This document shows positions 26,901 to 41,100 of a stretch of DNA of 64,000 bases, piece by piece. The notes beneath the pieces were generated by a model. That model saw only the letters and a list, made by a program, of their open reading frames with translations, was not told the origin of the DNA and searched no databases. Source of the DNA: Felis catus. Its lineage: Eukaryota. The position numbers and the translations under genes were made by a program. The stretch is taken from assembly GCF_018350175.1 (NCBI RefSeq), contig NC_058383.1, positions 28,088,001-28,152,000 on the forward strand. The letters run 5' to 3'. Each line of letters begins with the position of its first letter. Positions within the stretch are counted from its first letter, which is position 1.

Positions 26901-29900
26901 CCCATGAACCTGACTCTCAGGGAGGGTCTGCCTTTCACGTACTTTCTCCCTCATGACCCTTCACTTCTCAGGTGCTCTCTACTTTCCAAGCCTTCAAGGA
27001 AAGGTCTCTAGGAAAATAGGCAATTTTTCCAAATTTGCTAAAACACGTGAAATACGATGAACAAGCCAGAGATTTTTTTTTTCCTTTAGCAAAGACGGGA
27101 AGCGTGGAGAGGTCACAGAGAAATTTAAGGCACTGAAACGAGCTGTCAGAAGACTCTCCCTCATCCACAGTTAATTCTTGAGTCATAAAAGGAAAGGATG
27201 AAGGCTGCCATGAATTTATGGGTGTGTCGTGGGAGCAGAAAGGCCATTCGTATACATACCTAGAGATAAGAAATCAAAAATAATTTTCAGAGTGTCTGTT
27301 AGAGAAGTCCCCAGCCCTCATCCACCCCCTCCCGCGCTCAGACCACCGCAGAGCACAAGTCTTACTTGATTGTCACGGTGACATCCATCATTTTGTCAGT
27401 GGTGATAGTTCCAAGGACATGGTGGCGGATGGCTGTCAACGTCAAGATACTGGGTGAAGACCTATAAACCAAAGTGGAAAGAAAACACTAGCAACATCAC
27501 CTAGTTCTTCTCAAAGGGTCACAAGCAACGCCCTCCAGGGGCACAACCGTTCTGACCCTGAAATATACTACCGAAATCGCTCCTAGTTTGGGATGAGGGA
27601 CCTCCCGAAATACCTATCAGTGTTTAAAGAATAAACTAATTTTCCAATCCAAAACTTTACGCTTCCGATTCTTGGTGAAACTCTCAAGCATTTGTGCAAA
27701 GTTAAAAATGGTAGACTGGAGTCCAAGCAACTCCCATCGGTGAGAGCTGGAAGACTGAACCAAGATGATAATTAAGGCACTTGAAAACCATACCCTTCCA
27801 TCCTGGGCTTAAAGAATTCTTGGGAAAGACAGCTCATCTCCATCTCCTCAATAATTCATCCAAATGTCTTGAAATCCTTACGTAGAAATTCTTTTTAATA
27901 CCTAACTTTACCTCTTCCATTAGAAATACCAAAAAAACCCAAAAAAAATCCTTTTGTCTTCCAGAAAGAACTCAAGAAAAGACACACACTCACTTGACCC
28001 CAGAGAAGGCTCACACACACCATGGGGCAGGGAAGACCCAGCTTACGTGTCATAGGTGTAGAACGCTTGCTCAAACCGGTGGCAGGAGCGGGGGGTCACC
28101 TTGTATACGCCTGCAGCCGGGAAAGCAAAAGTCATTTTCAGAGGAGAGTGTCTGTGACACTGAGCGCTTCCAACATCTGAAATCCAAAGGCAGTGCCTCT
28201 CACTTGAATACACAACACACAGCAGATGGGCAATGATGGGATCAGAAATGCCTTTTCTGCTGCCTGTGACAGCTTCTTTCCAGCGACCCGGTCCATTTAA
28301 TGGCCCCTCACAAGCTCAGGATTTCATTTTCCATAATTGAACAACTCACAGTAGTTTAATCTGCACAAACCGAGCCAACAGGGCCGTGCAGAAGGAACAG
28401 GAAGTACGTTTCCACTGCAGATGAGAATGAGAATTTTCCACTTAACAGATTCTATTAAAGATCCAAACGATAACCACAGCCTGACCGCCCTCCTAGAAAT
28501 ATTCCTAAAACAGGGCACAGAGCAAAGCTCAAAAATTTACGAAACAATCGCAGAGAACACTTTAATGCCACGAGCCTGTATAGGGAAACACTCAGGTTAG
28601 GGGTGTAAGTAGTTTGGCAGAGGAATACTGTCAGTTTCAGGAAGGAGGAAAGTCTAACAATTTATTCCCCCAAATGATCATTAACCAACCTTTTGGACAT
28701 TCTTCCTACAAAAACCTGAAATTAGTTCAAACTGCCTCTGCTGTTTTCATCACACTGAGGACCCCCCTGTGCAATAACTAGCAGGAAAAAATGCTTAGGT
28801 TTCTCCATTCGCTTTATTCTTTCATCCTACAAATATTGACAGAGCACCAGCACCTACTATAAGCCAGGTGTTGTGCTAAGTACGAGTAGACAGCGGAGAA
28901 GACTTTGTATTTCACCTCGGGAACCCAAAGAAGTCACTGAATTACCCACTAGGAAGAGGCAAAATAAAGCCACAATGAGACGCCACTTTATACCCACCAG
29001 GATGGCTAAAATCAAAAAGGAAAGTAACGAATGGTGTGAACATGTGGGCAAACAGGAACCGCCGTGCACTGCTGGCTAGAGTACCAACTGGCACACGGGA
29101 AACAGTCCGGCAGGAAACAGTCCGGCAGCTTCTTAGACAAGGAAACATCAACTGACCATATAGTCCAGCAATTCCACCCCTGGGCCTCTAACCCAGAAGA
29201 GAGGAAAACAGATGTCCACATAAAGACTTGCACACAAATGTTCACAGCAACATGGTTCATGACAGCCACACACTGGTGAACGCACACACAAAGTGTGAAC
29301 TATCCACACAATGGGATCCAGTAAGGGAAAGCTACAATCCACTAATACCTGCTCCGACATGAACTTCAAGACACGAGGACTCGAAACCAGGCTAAGTGAA
29401 AGGAGCCAGCCCAAATACCGGTATGGCAGGACCTCGCTTGTAAGTAATGTCCAAAAAAAGGCCAATCCACAGAGACAACACAGATGAGTGGCTGCCTGGA
29501 GCTGGGGGCAGAGATTAACTGTAAACATGCATGAAGGATGCTTCTTCCAAGATGAAAATGTTCTACGCTAGATTATGTGTATGGTCGCGTAAGTCGGTAC
29601 GTTTACTAAAAATCCTCGTACATTGTAAACGGGTGAGGTTTAGGGTCTGCAAATTGTACCTCAGTACAGTTGGTAAAAAGGGAGAGAAGGCACCGATGGA
29701 TTTTAAGCAAGGTGTGAGATGGTCCAAATTTTATCTTAAAAAGATCACTTTTAAGGAGAGATCACTGACCAATGGTGTAGTATTTTTCAAGGGGCAATGA
29801 CCTAGTGGTCTCTACCTAACTCAAACCCAAGGAGACCAGGAACACTCTCTAGCTCCCAGCTCTAATTCTCTCGGTAAAAACAGCACTCCCTCCAGAGGAA

Positions 29901-32087
29901 AGAGACGGAAACACAGGGGTACACTAACCACAACCGAAATCAATAGCCTGATACACAAAGAACCACGGTAGGAAAAAAAAGGCCTTCACAATGATCCTCA
30001 GGTGCCTTTCCATTTCTCTAACTCAGAGCCCATCAATCCTTCCAGACTCACCAGGCTTGGACAGGCAGAATCGGTTGACTCCTTTGGAGAGGTTATAAAT
30101 CCCCACGTTCTCAGGTCCATTTCCATCCTGATAAAATTCCTAAGGGACCAAAGCCAATACAATGACTTACTAGGGGAGACGGAGACACCAAGATGATTAA
30201 TAATATTTCTGTTTCTGAACCAGTCATCTGTTTTACCCATTAATCATTTGAGCAGTTGGGCACTACAGGAAAATTAAAAACCTTCAAAAACTTCCCACAA
30301 AAACATGCTCTTTTTCACTCAATCAACTAATATTTATTGAGCACCTGCTATGTGACAGACCCAGGGCCGGGTCCTGGTGGCGGACACGGCTCCTGCTCTC
30401 AAGGGGCTTACGTTCTAATACGGGAAGACAGAAAATCCATTGTGGTCAATAAAGAAATTAGACTGTGGCTAACAGTAATGGAGAGGTGGGGAAAATGACC
30501 AGGAAAGCAGGCTAAAGCATGATCACAGCAGGAGCTTTTCAGCTTGCTGGGCTCAGGGCAGGCCCTCTCCTTCAGCAGGTAACATTATGGCTACAGCCTG
30601 AATGATGAGAGGAAACCAACCATGCGCATTTCCAGGGAAGACGCAGTTGCAGGCGGAGGAAAACACGTGTGCAAAGACCCAGAGGAGGAAACCAGCCTGG
30701 TGCAGAAGCGGCGAAGGCTGGTGTGCCAATGCCCAGGGAGCAAGGCGGAGAGATAAGGAGGAGGTCTGGGCTAGGGAAGGGCCATCGTTAAGGAATGTGG
30801 CTCTCATCCTAAGGGAAAGGGAAAGCTGCTGGAGAGTTTAAGGGAAGGAACAATTTCCTAAATGTGTACCACCTGCTCTCAACTGGGCATCAGCTGACCC
30901 ATCTCCTGGACAGCACTGCTTCTTGAGCATTTGTAGCAGTTAGAATAGTCCACAGGACCTGGAGACACCAGCGGCAATCCCTCCACGCGTCTAAAGTAAG
31001 CAATCGCTTCACTGTCGTTTGCCTCAGTTTCTCCACTGGAACCTGACAATGACATCTGCCACTGTCTGAAGCCAGAAAGGTCTATAAAATTCATGAATGG
31101 ACCCAGACAGTCCTACACACATGTTCTCCTTCCTGAAACCCAGGTGGTACACTGCCTATCAGGGAGCTACCTCAACAAGGCAGTAAGATGTTAGCAGCTC
31201 TGTCCTTTGCACTGGAACATACTAGAGAAACTCAGCTGTACTTATTATTAACACTGGCAGTACTGGGGCGCCTGGGTGGCTCAGTTGGTTAAGCGTCCGA
31301 CTTTGGCTCAGGTCATGACCTCGCGGTCCGTGAGTTCGAGCCCCACCTCGGGCTCTGTGCTGACAGCTCAGCGCCTGGAGCCTGCTTTGGATTCTGGGTT
31401 TCCCTCTCTCTCTATCCCTCCCCCCTTTCTCTCTCTCTCTCAAAAATAAATAAATATTAAAATAATCATAATAACAATAGTAGTGCACACCAAGGAAACC
31501 AAATACATAAGAGGTTTACTTAAACTTCATTACAACACTGAGAAGTGGACATTATGATCTGAGGGCTACAAAATCAATACACTTTACATGACATCAATGG
31601 CTTTCCCAAATCACTAATCAAAGTTAGAATTTAATGTGGGTCTAGGACAAGAAAATCTCCCAAATCAAGGCATCCTTCTGCTAAGGGACTTTAAACAAAG
31701 CTTCCTGACTAGGCTTTCCCGAATAAAGGGGAGAATCGAGGGGCAGAAAAGTAAATCTGACTTAACTAGGGTTATAATATTCTTGGCATGCTGGTCCTTC
31801 CTGCTTTCCAAAGGACCCTCCAAATAAGAGAATCCCCACAAGCCATTCATACCAGAGTGATTGCGTGAGAAAGGGAACATCTCAGCATATAGCCCGTCTG
31901 CCTAAACTCAATCGTGGACACATCGTCTTCCAGAACCTCCACCTCCAGACTCTTGTTCTTCCAGCACCAATCTTCATGCATGATGCTCACTGGAAAAGCC
32001 ACAACACAGACACACGTGGGCATAGAGCAGATCACCTCCCTCAACAAAAACTGTAATGACTTAATTTTTTTAAATGTGTATGTGCAG

Positions 32088-32145
<58 letters not shown>

Positions 32146-35100
32146 CTAGTCGTGCTCAGAACTGAGTACTAAAGAGAAAATGAAACCAACGGTCATTAAC
32201 GTCAACAAGAAAGAAACTGACAGTAATTCAAGACCACACTTACAAGTAAAAATATTTAGGGATCAACAAACTTTTTCTATCAAGGGCCAGAAAGTATTTT
32301 CCACTTTGCAGGTCAGGCAGTCAAATATTCAACTCTGCCTTCATAGCACATGAGCAGCTATAGATGATACATAAGCAAATGGGTGCGGCTGTGTTTGAAT
32401 AAAACTTTATAAAAATAGGCAAGTGGCCCCCATTGCCATAGTCTGCCAAAACTTGATATAATAGAAAACAATTTCCCAGAAAAAAAGATTACTTTATAAG
32501 TTATTCATTGCCACCAGCTCCAAGTTGAGCTTTGAAGAAGCAGAAATATAGGCAATGGAAGTTTTCAAACTGCAGGGAAAAGGGAACCACTGTTGGCCAG
32601 GCACTGAACAAACTATATTTCATTTTGTTTGGCACTCTACAGAAAGGCTGTATTACTCCTATTTTAGCAGAGGAAACAGAGTCTCAGGGAGATCAAGTAA
32701 CCTGCCATGGTCACACAGCTGCTAAGTAGTAGAGTACATCACTGGAAATATTTCATGCACTCTGTTCTGGCATTTAGACTGAAAACGGCATGAATGGGGG
32801 CCCCCTTCCAAAACGGAAGAAGTGTGTGGGTTGTCCTGACAAGGTGGTAGTTATGCATGGAAGGAACATCAATTCTTACACAATCATCCATTGCTAAACA
32901 ATGCATGTTCAAGGTCAAGGGGCAAAGAAAAGTTAAACAAGGTATATAGCTGGGATGCAATTTGAGAGCTGGGTTTTAGAAATTTTAGAAAGACAGGAAG
33001 TACGTGAAGGCCACAAGCTGGTGCCTATGGTTCTTACTTTTATATTTTCCCGGAAGCACATTGTCAAAGGTAAAAGTCATTGAGTTGACCTTGCCGGACA
33101 GCTGGAGGCTCCGCTTCTCGCCCTGGCGGCTCAGGGACTGCAGTGTCACCAGCAGGTCACCACAGGTGTCTGCAGAGAAAAGACAGGAAGGCTTCACTTG
33201 GCTACCCTCACCAACGCCAGCACAGGTTTGAACCCTCCACCTCTGTGTGCCGCTGGCCACCATTTACCTCCTGAAGGGCAAGGCCGGCAGGGCTCCTTCA
33301 AAGCCAGGACGGTTCTACTTGATTCCAGGACATTTCCCCCTCCCCCTTGCAGGTCATTAGTACCACATAAAGAAGCCACCGAGGTTGAAAGCGACCCATC
33401 ACTTGCTGAGTACCCCCATGCAAGGCATAGAAGACCAGGAGAGGGAAGAGTGTCACAGGGCACCTACTAAAGCAGACGCGAGGTGAAAGAGGGGAAGCGA
33501 TATTTATGGAACACCAGAAGAAGACAGAAAACCAGCAAGAAAGATCTGGGGTGCCTGGGTGGCTCAGGCGGTTAAGTGTCCGACTTCAGCTCAGGTCGTG
33601 ATCTTGTGGTTCGTGGGTTCGAGCCCCACGTCGGGCTCTGTACTGACAGCTCAGAGCCTGGAGCCTGCTTCAGATTCTGTGTGTGTGTCTCCCTCTCTCT
33701 GCCCCTCCTCTGCTCACATTCTGTCTCTCTCTCTCTCTCTCTCTCTCTTCCTCTCTCGAAAGGAACAAAGATCAAGGAACTTTACTGCATGGTACAGAAC
33801 TGGGCCCTTTATCATCATAACATCACCTGTGACAGCAAAGATTGGCATGACTCTTACTGTGTTCCAGAAACTCGCACAGGCTCTCCATGCGCTAGCTCAT
33901 TTGAGCCTCACAACAACCCTCCGAGGCAGGTATGGTTATTATCTCCGTATAACGGAGGAGAGACTCAAAGCACAGAGAGGCTAAGTAACTTGCTGCAGGT
34001 CACACAGAGAGGGTTCAAGCCCACAAGCCTGGTTTCAGAGTCCACATTCTTAACATCTGTGCCACACAGCCTGACATGACCACATTTAAAACCCTCTGAG
34101 AGCTGTTAATGTTTCCATGCTACAGAAGAAAAACAGGCTGGTCATGTAAGTGCTTACTGTCTCACAGCTGGTAAGTGACAGAGCTGGGCAAGAAACCCCG
34201 TGTTCTTTTAGGAGCCAAAGCAGAAATGCTCCAAGAGAAATGTTTCTGGTGACGCCGTGTGGCACTTAGAAAGAATCGAACACAATATGGATCCACCTCT
34301 TACACTCTCCAACAAGGAACAGTTCGCCAAAATCCCACTTCTAACTGCCTACTCCTTTGAAGCTCTCTGTTCTTGCTTTCAAATGACATCTTACCCAAAC
34401 AAGAGACTTTCCCAGAAACCGATGCCAAGAACTGTACAAAGGCCACGTCCATCACGGGCCTATTGGTCACAGTAAGAGGAAACGTCTGGGGTTTCAAGGT
34501 CAGCCCCGCTCTGGTCTCCACCTCAGGGACCATCACCTGTGGGAACACACAGGACAACGTCAGTGTCTGCATCAAGGCTGCGGCTCCCCCGGCCTGCAGG
34601 GCACCAGAACATTCACCTGGGCCCAAGGCTAAGTACTTTGAAGGACAAAGGTCCACTTCTAGGCCGAGTTTTATAATCACAACAATTCCTCAAACAGGCC
34701 ACGGAAAGAACACACATTTCTTTTCTTTTTTTAATGTTGTTTTTTTTTTTTTTTTACATTTATTTATTTTCTGAGAGACAGAGAGAGACAGAGCACAAGT
34801 TGGGGAGGGGCAGAGAGAGAAGGAGACACAGAATCTGAAGCAGGCTCCAGGCTACGAGCTGTCAGCACAGAGCCCGACATAGGGCTCGAACTCACAAACT
34901 GTAAGATCATGACCTGAGCTGAAGTCGGATGCTTAACCGACTGAGCCACCCAGGCGCCCCAAGAACACACATTTCTAATCAGATACAAAAGAACTAGCCT
35001 TCAGCCGTGCCATGGTAAGCACAAAGGTGTATCTGGTGGGCTCCAAAGAGGCACACAGCTGTCACCAGTACCGGGGTGGAGGGGGGGGGCGGTGGGGTGG

Positions 35101-38100
35101 GAAATTGCACTAAAGCCCAGAACCTTCTGGCTGGAGGTCACTCATGACATAAGCTATGAACTTGTCAATGCTATGTGGATGAGCTCCTGGCAGAGTGAGG
35201 CCTTTTCTTCTGGACGCCTGAGCTAAGAAGAAGGACTGGGGAAGAGTTCATCCCTAGTGAAGTCTACCTCCCCAAGTTGCCCTTCCTTGGCAAGTCCCTT
35301 AGGCTTCGAAAGGGCTTCCAAAGGCCTGTCAATGTGGCCAACTTCACAAGAGATGGCTGACTGGCAAAGGGGCTAAGTACTCATACCACACTGTTCAGCG
35401 GAAGCAGGGGAAACCACTCTCCTCCCACCCCATCTCCTCAGGGAGGGGAGTCTATCTGCTCTGGGGGAGAGCACAGTCTCAGAGGGACCCTTCCCAGCCC
35501 TCTCCCTCACCTCACCTGCCCTTCTTCAGGGCAGAAGAGCAGCAGCTGACTGGACAGACAAGAGCCCGAGCTGCCCGGGGAATCAGCCTTCCCCATGAGC
35601 AGGGCGGTGGCACTGAAAGGCACGGTGTGCTGACCTCTGGCTCTGTCCACCTCTTGCCTACCGTCCTGTGCTGAGGCCTTCACCCCCCTCGGTGAGGCCA
35701 CAGGCCAGGGTGTCCCCAGCTTCTGTGCCTGCCTCGATGGAGAAATCAGATGGTGTTCAGGGTGAGGTGGAAAAACACAAGCTCCATGTTGGCTTCGGGG
35801 GCCAGAAGCCATGCACTGTGGACCTGCCATCAGTAAAGGGTTAATGTTGATCTCCTTTGGGACTTATGGCTAGTCTATAGCAGCCAGAAGCCTAGGAAGG
35901 TGCAGGTGTGATCGGCAGCCTGAAAGTAACTCCTGACAAACATCGGGACTGGAAAAAACGACGCCTGAGTATCATTTTCATACCGGGTGCCCATCGGGCT
36001 CTACTGTGACATGCAGGAACGTAAAGACTTCAAATAAGAAACTGGGGACAGAAACACTCCTTCTGTAACTCCATTCCGGCTAATGATAATCCTTCTAAAA
36101 ATCACTGAATACCTTAAATACCTTAAGTAAAACATCAAATATCTCAAACAAAACAAAACTCATCATACCTGGACTTTGTAGGTCCCTGGCTTTGCTTTAA
36201 AACAAAATGATCCACGAGCATCCGTCTCCACGGTGACCAAAGACTTGTCCTTGTCTTGAGACGACAGGACAGCTTTGTATTTGCTCATCTGCTTGACAGT
36301 GTCAGGGAGGCGAGTGATTGAAATCTGGCCACAGACACTGAACCTGTAACAAGGGGACCACCCATTCCGGCATGAGAATTCAGTTGTGACAGGAGAGGCA
36401 CTTACCAGCCCCAACTGCGCATCCCTCTTCCTGCCCCGGTCCCCAGGACTAGTTTAACCTTGAGAAAGAGACAGAAAAGCAGCCTAAATGACTGCGGTCT
36501 CAAAAAACAACCCTTGGCGGGAAGACTGAACCCCTCTCTGTGTACGGGAAAAGGCACAGTGGGAGCCCAGGATGGGACAATCCCCCACCGAGGAGGCCAT
36601 TTTCAGAAAATCCGCGGATGATAAAAACGTTTCCGGTAAAGCGGATCATCGATGGCGGAACAGCCTCGGACTGAGGACATGGGCTGGGCTTACACGCAAG
36701 AGCTGTGAGGAGCCTGACGCTGTGGCATTGCCCGGGCCACGAAACGGGGCGGCGTCATCAAAGACGCCTTCCTCGCCTGTCATTCCATACAGTTCAGGAT
36801 AAAAGGAACTGGGGAGATGTGAACAGAAAAGGTAATTAAGTTAAAAAAAATTACAAAGCCAAAATAGAACTCCAGGAGCCACCAAAGCGACTTCTAACTG
36901 AAAGGCCCTATTCAGGTAATGACTCACACTGGAGGCTCTAAGTGAGCAGCGTGTTAAGTGCTGCGAAGTGTCCCCAGAGAAGCGCGTGAAAGGCGCGGCC
37001 CTTTGCTGCCGAAGACCAACCAAGACCATCATCCTGCACAGTGACGGTCTTCGTTTCTCAGTCAGTTGATGTGTTAAAGTGTAATAAAGCACAGGGCTGG
37101 AGGCTCCAGTTGTATCTTCGGCTGACTAAAGGTTGTATTTTCTAATCTTAATGGATCACTTTAAGTAAAAGTCAGTTGCTACTTTTGACAGAAAGAGAGT
37201 AAGTTGGATTCGATGCTGGATAATTACGGAGTACACACGACGTCGGAATGCCCACCCGCTGCAAATAAAAAATGGCAGAAAACAGCACAGCGGGAAGCTG
37301 TGTGTGCGGTCTAAGAACGGTGACAAGCCAGTCGTGTCTGCAGAGTGAAGTGACCAGCCTGCCACATGAGCTCACAATCTAGAGCAGGGGCCCACGTGCC
37401 AAATCCAGTCAGCTGCCTGTTTCTGGATGGACGGTGGGCTAAGAAGGGTGTTCACACTTTTACTTCCATACTTCTGAAGGGTTAAAAGAGAGGCGGAAAA
37501 ATCAAAAGAATAGTTTGACCCACAAAAATCATATGAACCTCCAATTTCAGTGTGCTAAATAAAGATTAACTGGAACACAGCCACACCAGTCATTCATGAA
37601 TTGGCCATGGTGGGTTTCGTCACAGAGGCCGTACGGCCCGTGAAGCCCACCATATTTATTCTCTGGCCCTTTACACAGGAAGTGTGCAGGCCTCTGATCT
37701 AGAGTTAAAGGCACACATTTTGGTTCTCACTCTCCCCAACTGGGCACTTTGAGAGTAAAAGGACAGGAAGGGGATATGGGTGAGCTATTTTCTTCCTTTT
37801 ATTAGTGTTTATTTATTGTGACAGAGAGAGCGTGCATGCAAGCAAGAGCACGAGCAGGGGGAGGGGCAGAGAGAGGACAGATAGAATCCCGAGCAGGCTC
37901 CACACTGCCAGCAAGGAGCCCAACAAGGGGGCTCGATCCCATGAACTGTGAGATCGTGACCTGAGCTGAAACCAAAGAGGTGGACGCCTACCTACTGGGC
38001 CACCCAGGTGCCCGAATTGGTGAGTTGTTCTTAAGGACCTTCACGATGTCTTAATTTATATATGTGTCATGGGTAACGTCACCTTTTTTGTTCTAAATTG

Positions 38101-41100
38101 AACCTCTTTGTCTCTCAAAGTTTTAAATATTTTACCCATCCCACCTGTTTTAGCTCATAGTCTCAAAGATAACTATCCAGTTACCCCAAACCTCAAATGC
38201 ACATTGGCTTTAGTTTAAAAAAAATAAACTAAAAAAAAAAAAAAACTAAATAGGACAGTGTTGTGTTACACTGAAGCCCTCAAAAATTGATTTGTGTCAA
38301 CAAATTCATCAGAGGTGAATACGTTTATTCAGAAACTGATGATTTTGATGCATTACAAGATAATTATATTCTCATAGTCACTTGGACAGAAGCCAAGGCG
38401 TTTCCTTCTCAAATAAATTGGGAATTGTTTTTTAAATAAGATACATGAATGAATTAAAGGGCAAATGTGTTATTTTGGCCCAAAAGGAAAATGAGTTTTT
38501 CGAAAGATGCTCGACAAATGTCGTTTTTCTCTCTTTCGACCCAAATACTCCACTTTAAAGAAAAAAATAAATACAAGTATCATCCCCCATCTCCGTGAAT
38601 GGCACCTCCTCCATCTACACAGTTGCTCAAAAAAGAAATCTGGGACCCTGACAGCACCAGTCTGCCGACCCCCTCCCCACATTATCTGTCAAAGGCATCT
38701 ACTTCCTGTCCTCCCCTGCCGGTACCCTGGACCTGCCACCACCCTATCCCCTCCAGACAACTGTCACCGTTTCCTGTCGAGTCCCTCCACGGATACTCTG
38801 GGTTCCCTGCCATCCCTCTTCCACAGAGCGGCCAGAGCAGGAGAAAAAACATCTATTCTAAATGCCCTGATCCATACTGCTTCCTTGCCGAAAACGCTTC
38901 AACAGCTTCCCATCACGGGTGGGGAGAAGAGCCCACCTCCACAGCCTACTACAGGCTCTCTAACATCGCCAGCTGCCTCCAGCCACGCTGGCCACCTTCC
39001 AGAAGGCTCCCCTCCCACCCCTCTGGGCCTTGGAACACACCATTCCTGCTGTCTGGGAAGCCTCACTTAGCTAACTGTTAGTCCCCCTGGGTCTCAGTGA
39101 CCCAGTGAGGGTCCTCTCTGGGCCCCGGCCCCCTTCCCTGCACACCTACTGGAACTTACTACCACAAGTTACTCAGCTCAAGCCTGTCTCCCCAGGAAGA
39201 CGAAAGCCCCATCTCCGTCTTGCTAGTTTGGTTCACTGTTACACACCCAGCCTTTATCACAGGGTCTCACCCCGAGTAGTTGCCCAAAAATGTTTATGAA
39301 AGAAAAGGAGGAAGGGCGTGAATCCAAAATGATTTTCTGAGCTCTAGCGCAATAGGGGCAGAGGTACCGGGTTCCACTGGCGATGTACTTCCTTGTCTCC
39401 CAGTTGCCACAGAACCTCTTTGACCCCCACCTGTCTACAGAAAATGTCACCGTGGCCTCCTCAGTGACCAAGCCAATGCACTGTGCTTTCAGGGCTCAGC
39501 TCTGGGGCCTCCCTGACCGTCAGGTACCACCGCATACTTAAACCCCGTTGCCTGGATCTTCCCGAGGCCGCCCCTCAAACGCCAGCGTTCCATTTTTGGT
39601 CTACTGTTACCTGCTCTTACATATCTAAGTTGCTGGCGGCCGCCTGGCCCCGTCTCCCCGAATTACCATCTATCCGGGCACCTAGTGAAGAGCTCCACCT
39701 AGTGGTCCTACAGATCCAGAGGCCACGACTGAACCCTTGTCACCTGAGGGGTTCCTCTGCCCTGCCCACAGCCATCCTGCTTCTCAAACCGTGAACCCCT
39801 AAATACTTTTCCAACCTGTCCCTGATTTCCCTGTAAGGTGAGGCCTCAGCAAGTCTGTTTTCACGCCACCTGTGCCCCAGTCTTGTCCCCTTCACAGCCA
39901 CCCTCCACCATGGCCGCTGGAGTGCCTCAGTGAACATGAAAACCTAACCCGTGTCACCCTCCATGCTCAAAATCGATCACTGGCCACCAGACCCCTGGTA
40001 GAGAAAACCCTGTTCTTCCAGTGGGAGTGTGAAGACGTCCTCTGAGATCTGCCCCTCCGGCCTCGTCACTCTCCTCGTCCTGCCCAGACACACCAAGACT
40101 TTGCTCGCGTTGCCTCTCCCCTGGGAGACCCTGCCCCGCTCCGTTCAAGCCACGGTTCAGTGAGCACTGCTGCTGTCTCAGACACAGATGGTGGCAGCCC
40201 AGGCTAGACATTCCACGCAGGGGAGACAAGGACCCGATGTCTGACTCCAGGGTTCTCTGTACTACGGTGCATCACTACAGGATAGAACTGCACAAATTCA
40301 ACCACCGGATGTCCCCTCACGTGCTCACGGTAGGTACAGCAAAGGAGGAAGAACTCTGACAGCGACCGGAAGCATCTTATGACAAACTTTTCCCAAGCAA
40401 CTGTACTATCTTCCAAAGTCCTCAAGAGTTAAGCCATGGAAGGTCTTGGAGATGTGGAGTCAGACATGAGAGATCTTCTAACTTAGACCCATTTTAACTT
40501 CGAAGCAAAACAATTTTCCTTAAGTATCTACATAGAAGTACCTTTAGTTTATAAAACTTAGCACTAACCTTTTTGGATTTTTTTTTTTTCATTTTATTTT
40601 AGAGACAGCAGAGAGTGGGGGAGCGGGACAGAGACAGAGAATCCCAAGCAGGCTCCAGGCTCAGCACGAAACCCCATGCAGGGCTCGATCCCATGACCCC
40701 AGGATCATGACCTGAGCCAACATCAAGAGTCAGACGCTCAACTGGCTGAGCCCCCCAGGCGGCCCAGCACTAATCTAAGAATGCCAGCCTGGATTTCTCG
40801 CAGGTATCTAAAACCCGATGTGGATCCTTGGCAGAAACACACAGTCAGATTAAAGGTAATTCTGTTCTCCCGTGGCTGCGAACGTCAATGCTGGTACTTC
40901 CAAAAACAAACACAATGACCTTACCCTGTTGCAATGATGTCAGCCAGCTGAGGTGTGTTAGGCGCAATTTTGATGGTGACAGTTTCAAAGTAGAGGTGCT
41001 CTTTCTGAGCGTGGATGGTGTATGTCCCAGTCGTGATGTTCTCCAGGCGGAATGAGCCATCGGCTTTTGTTTTGACTATAAAACAAGAACATGCAAAAGA

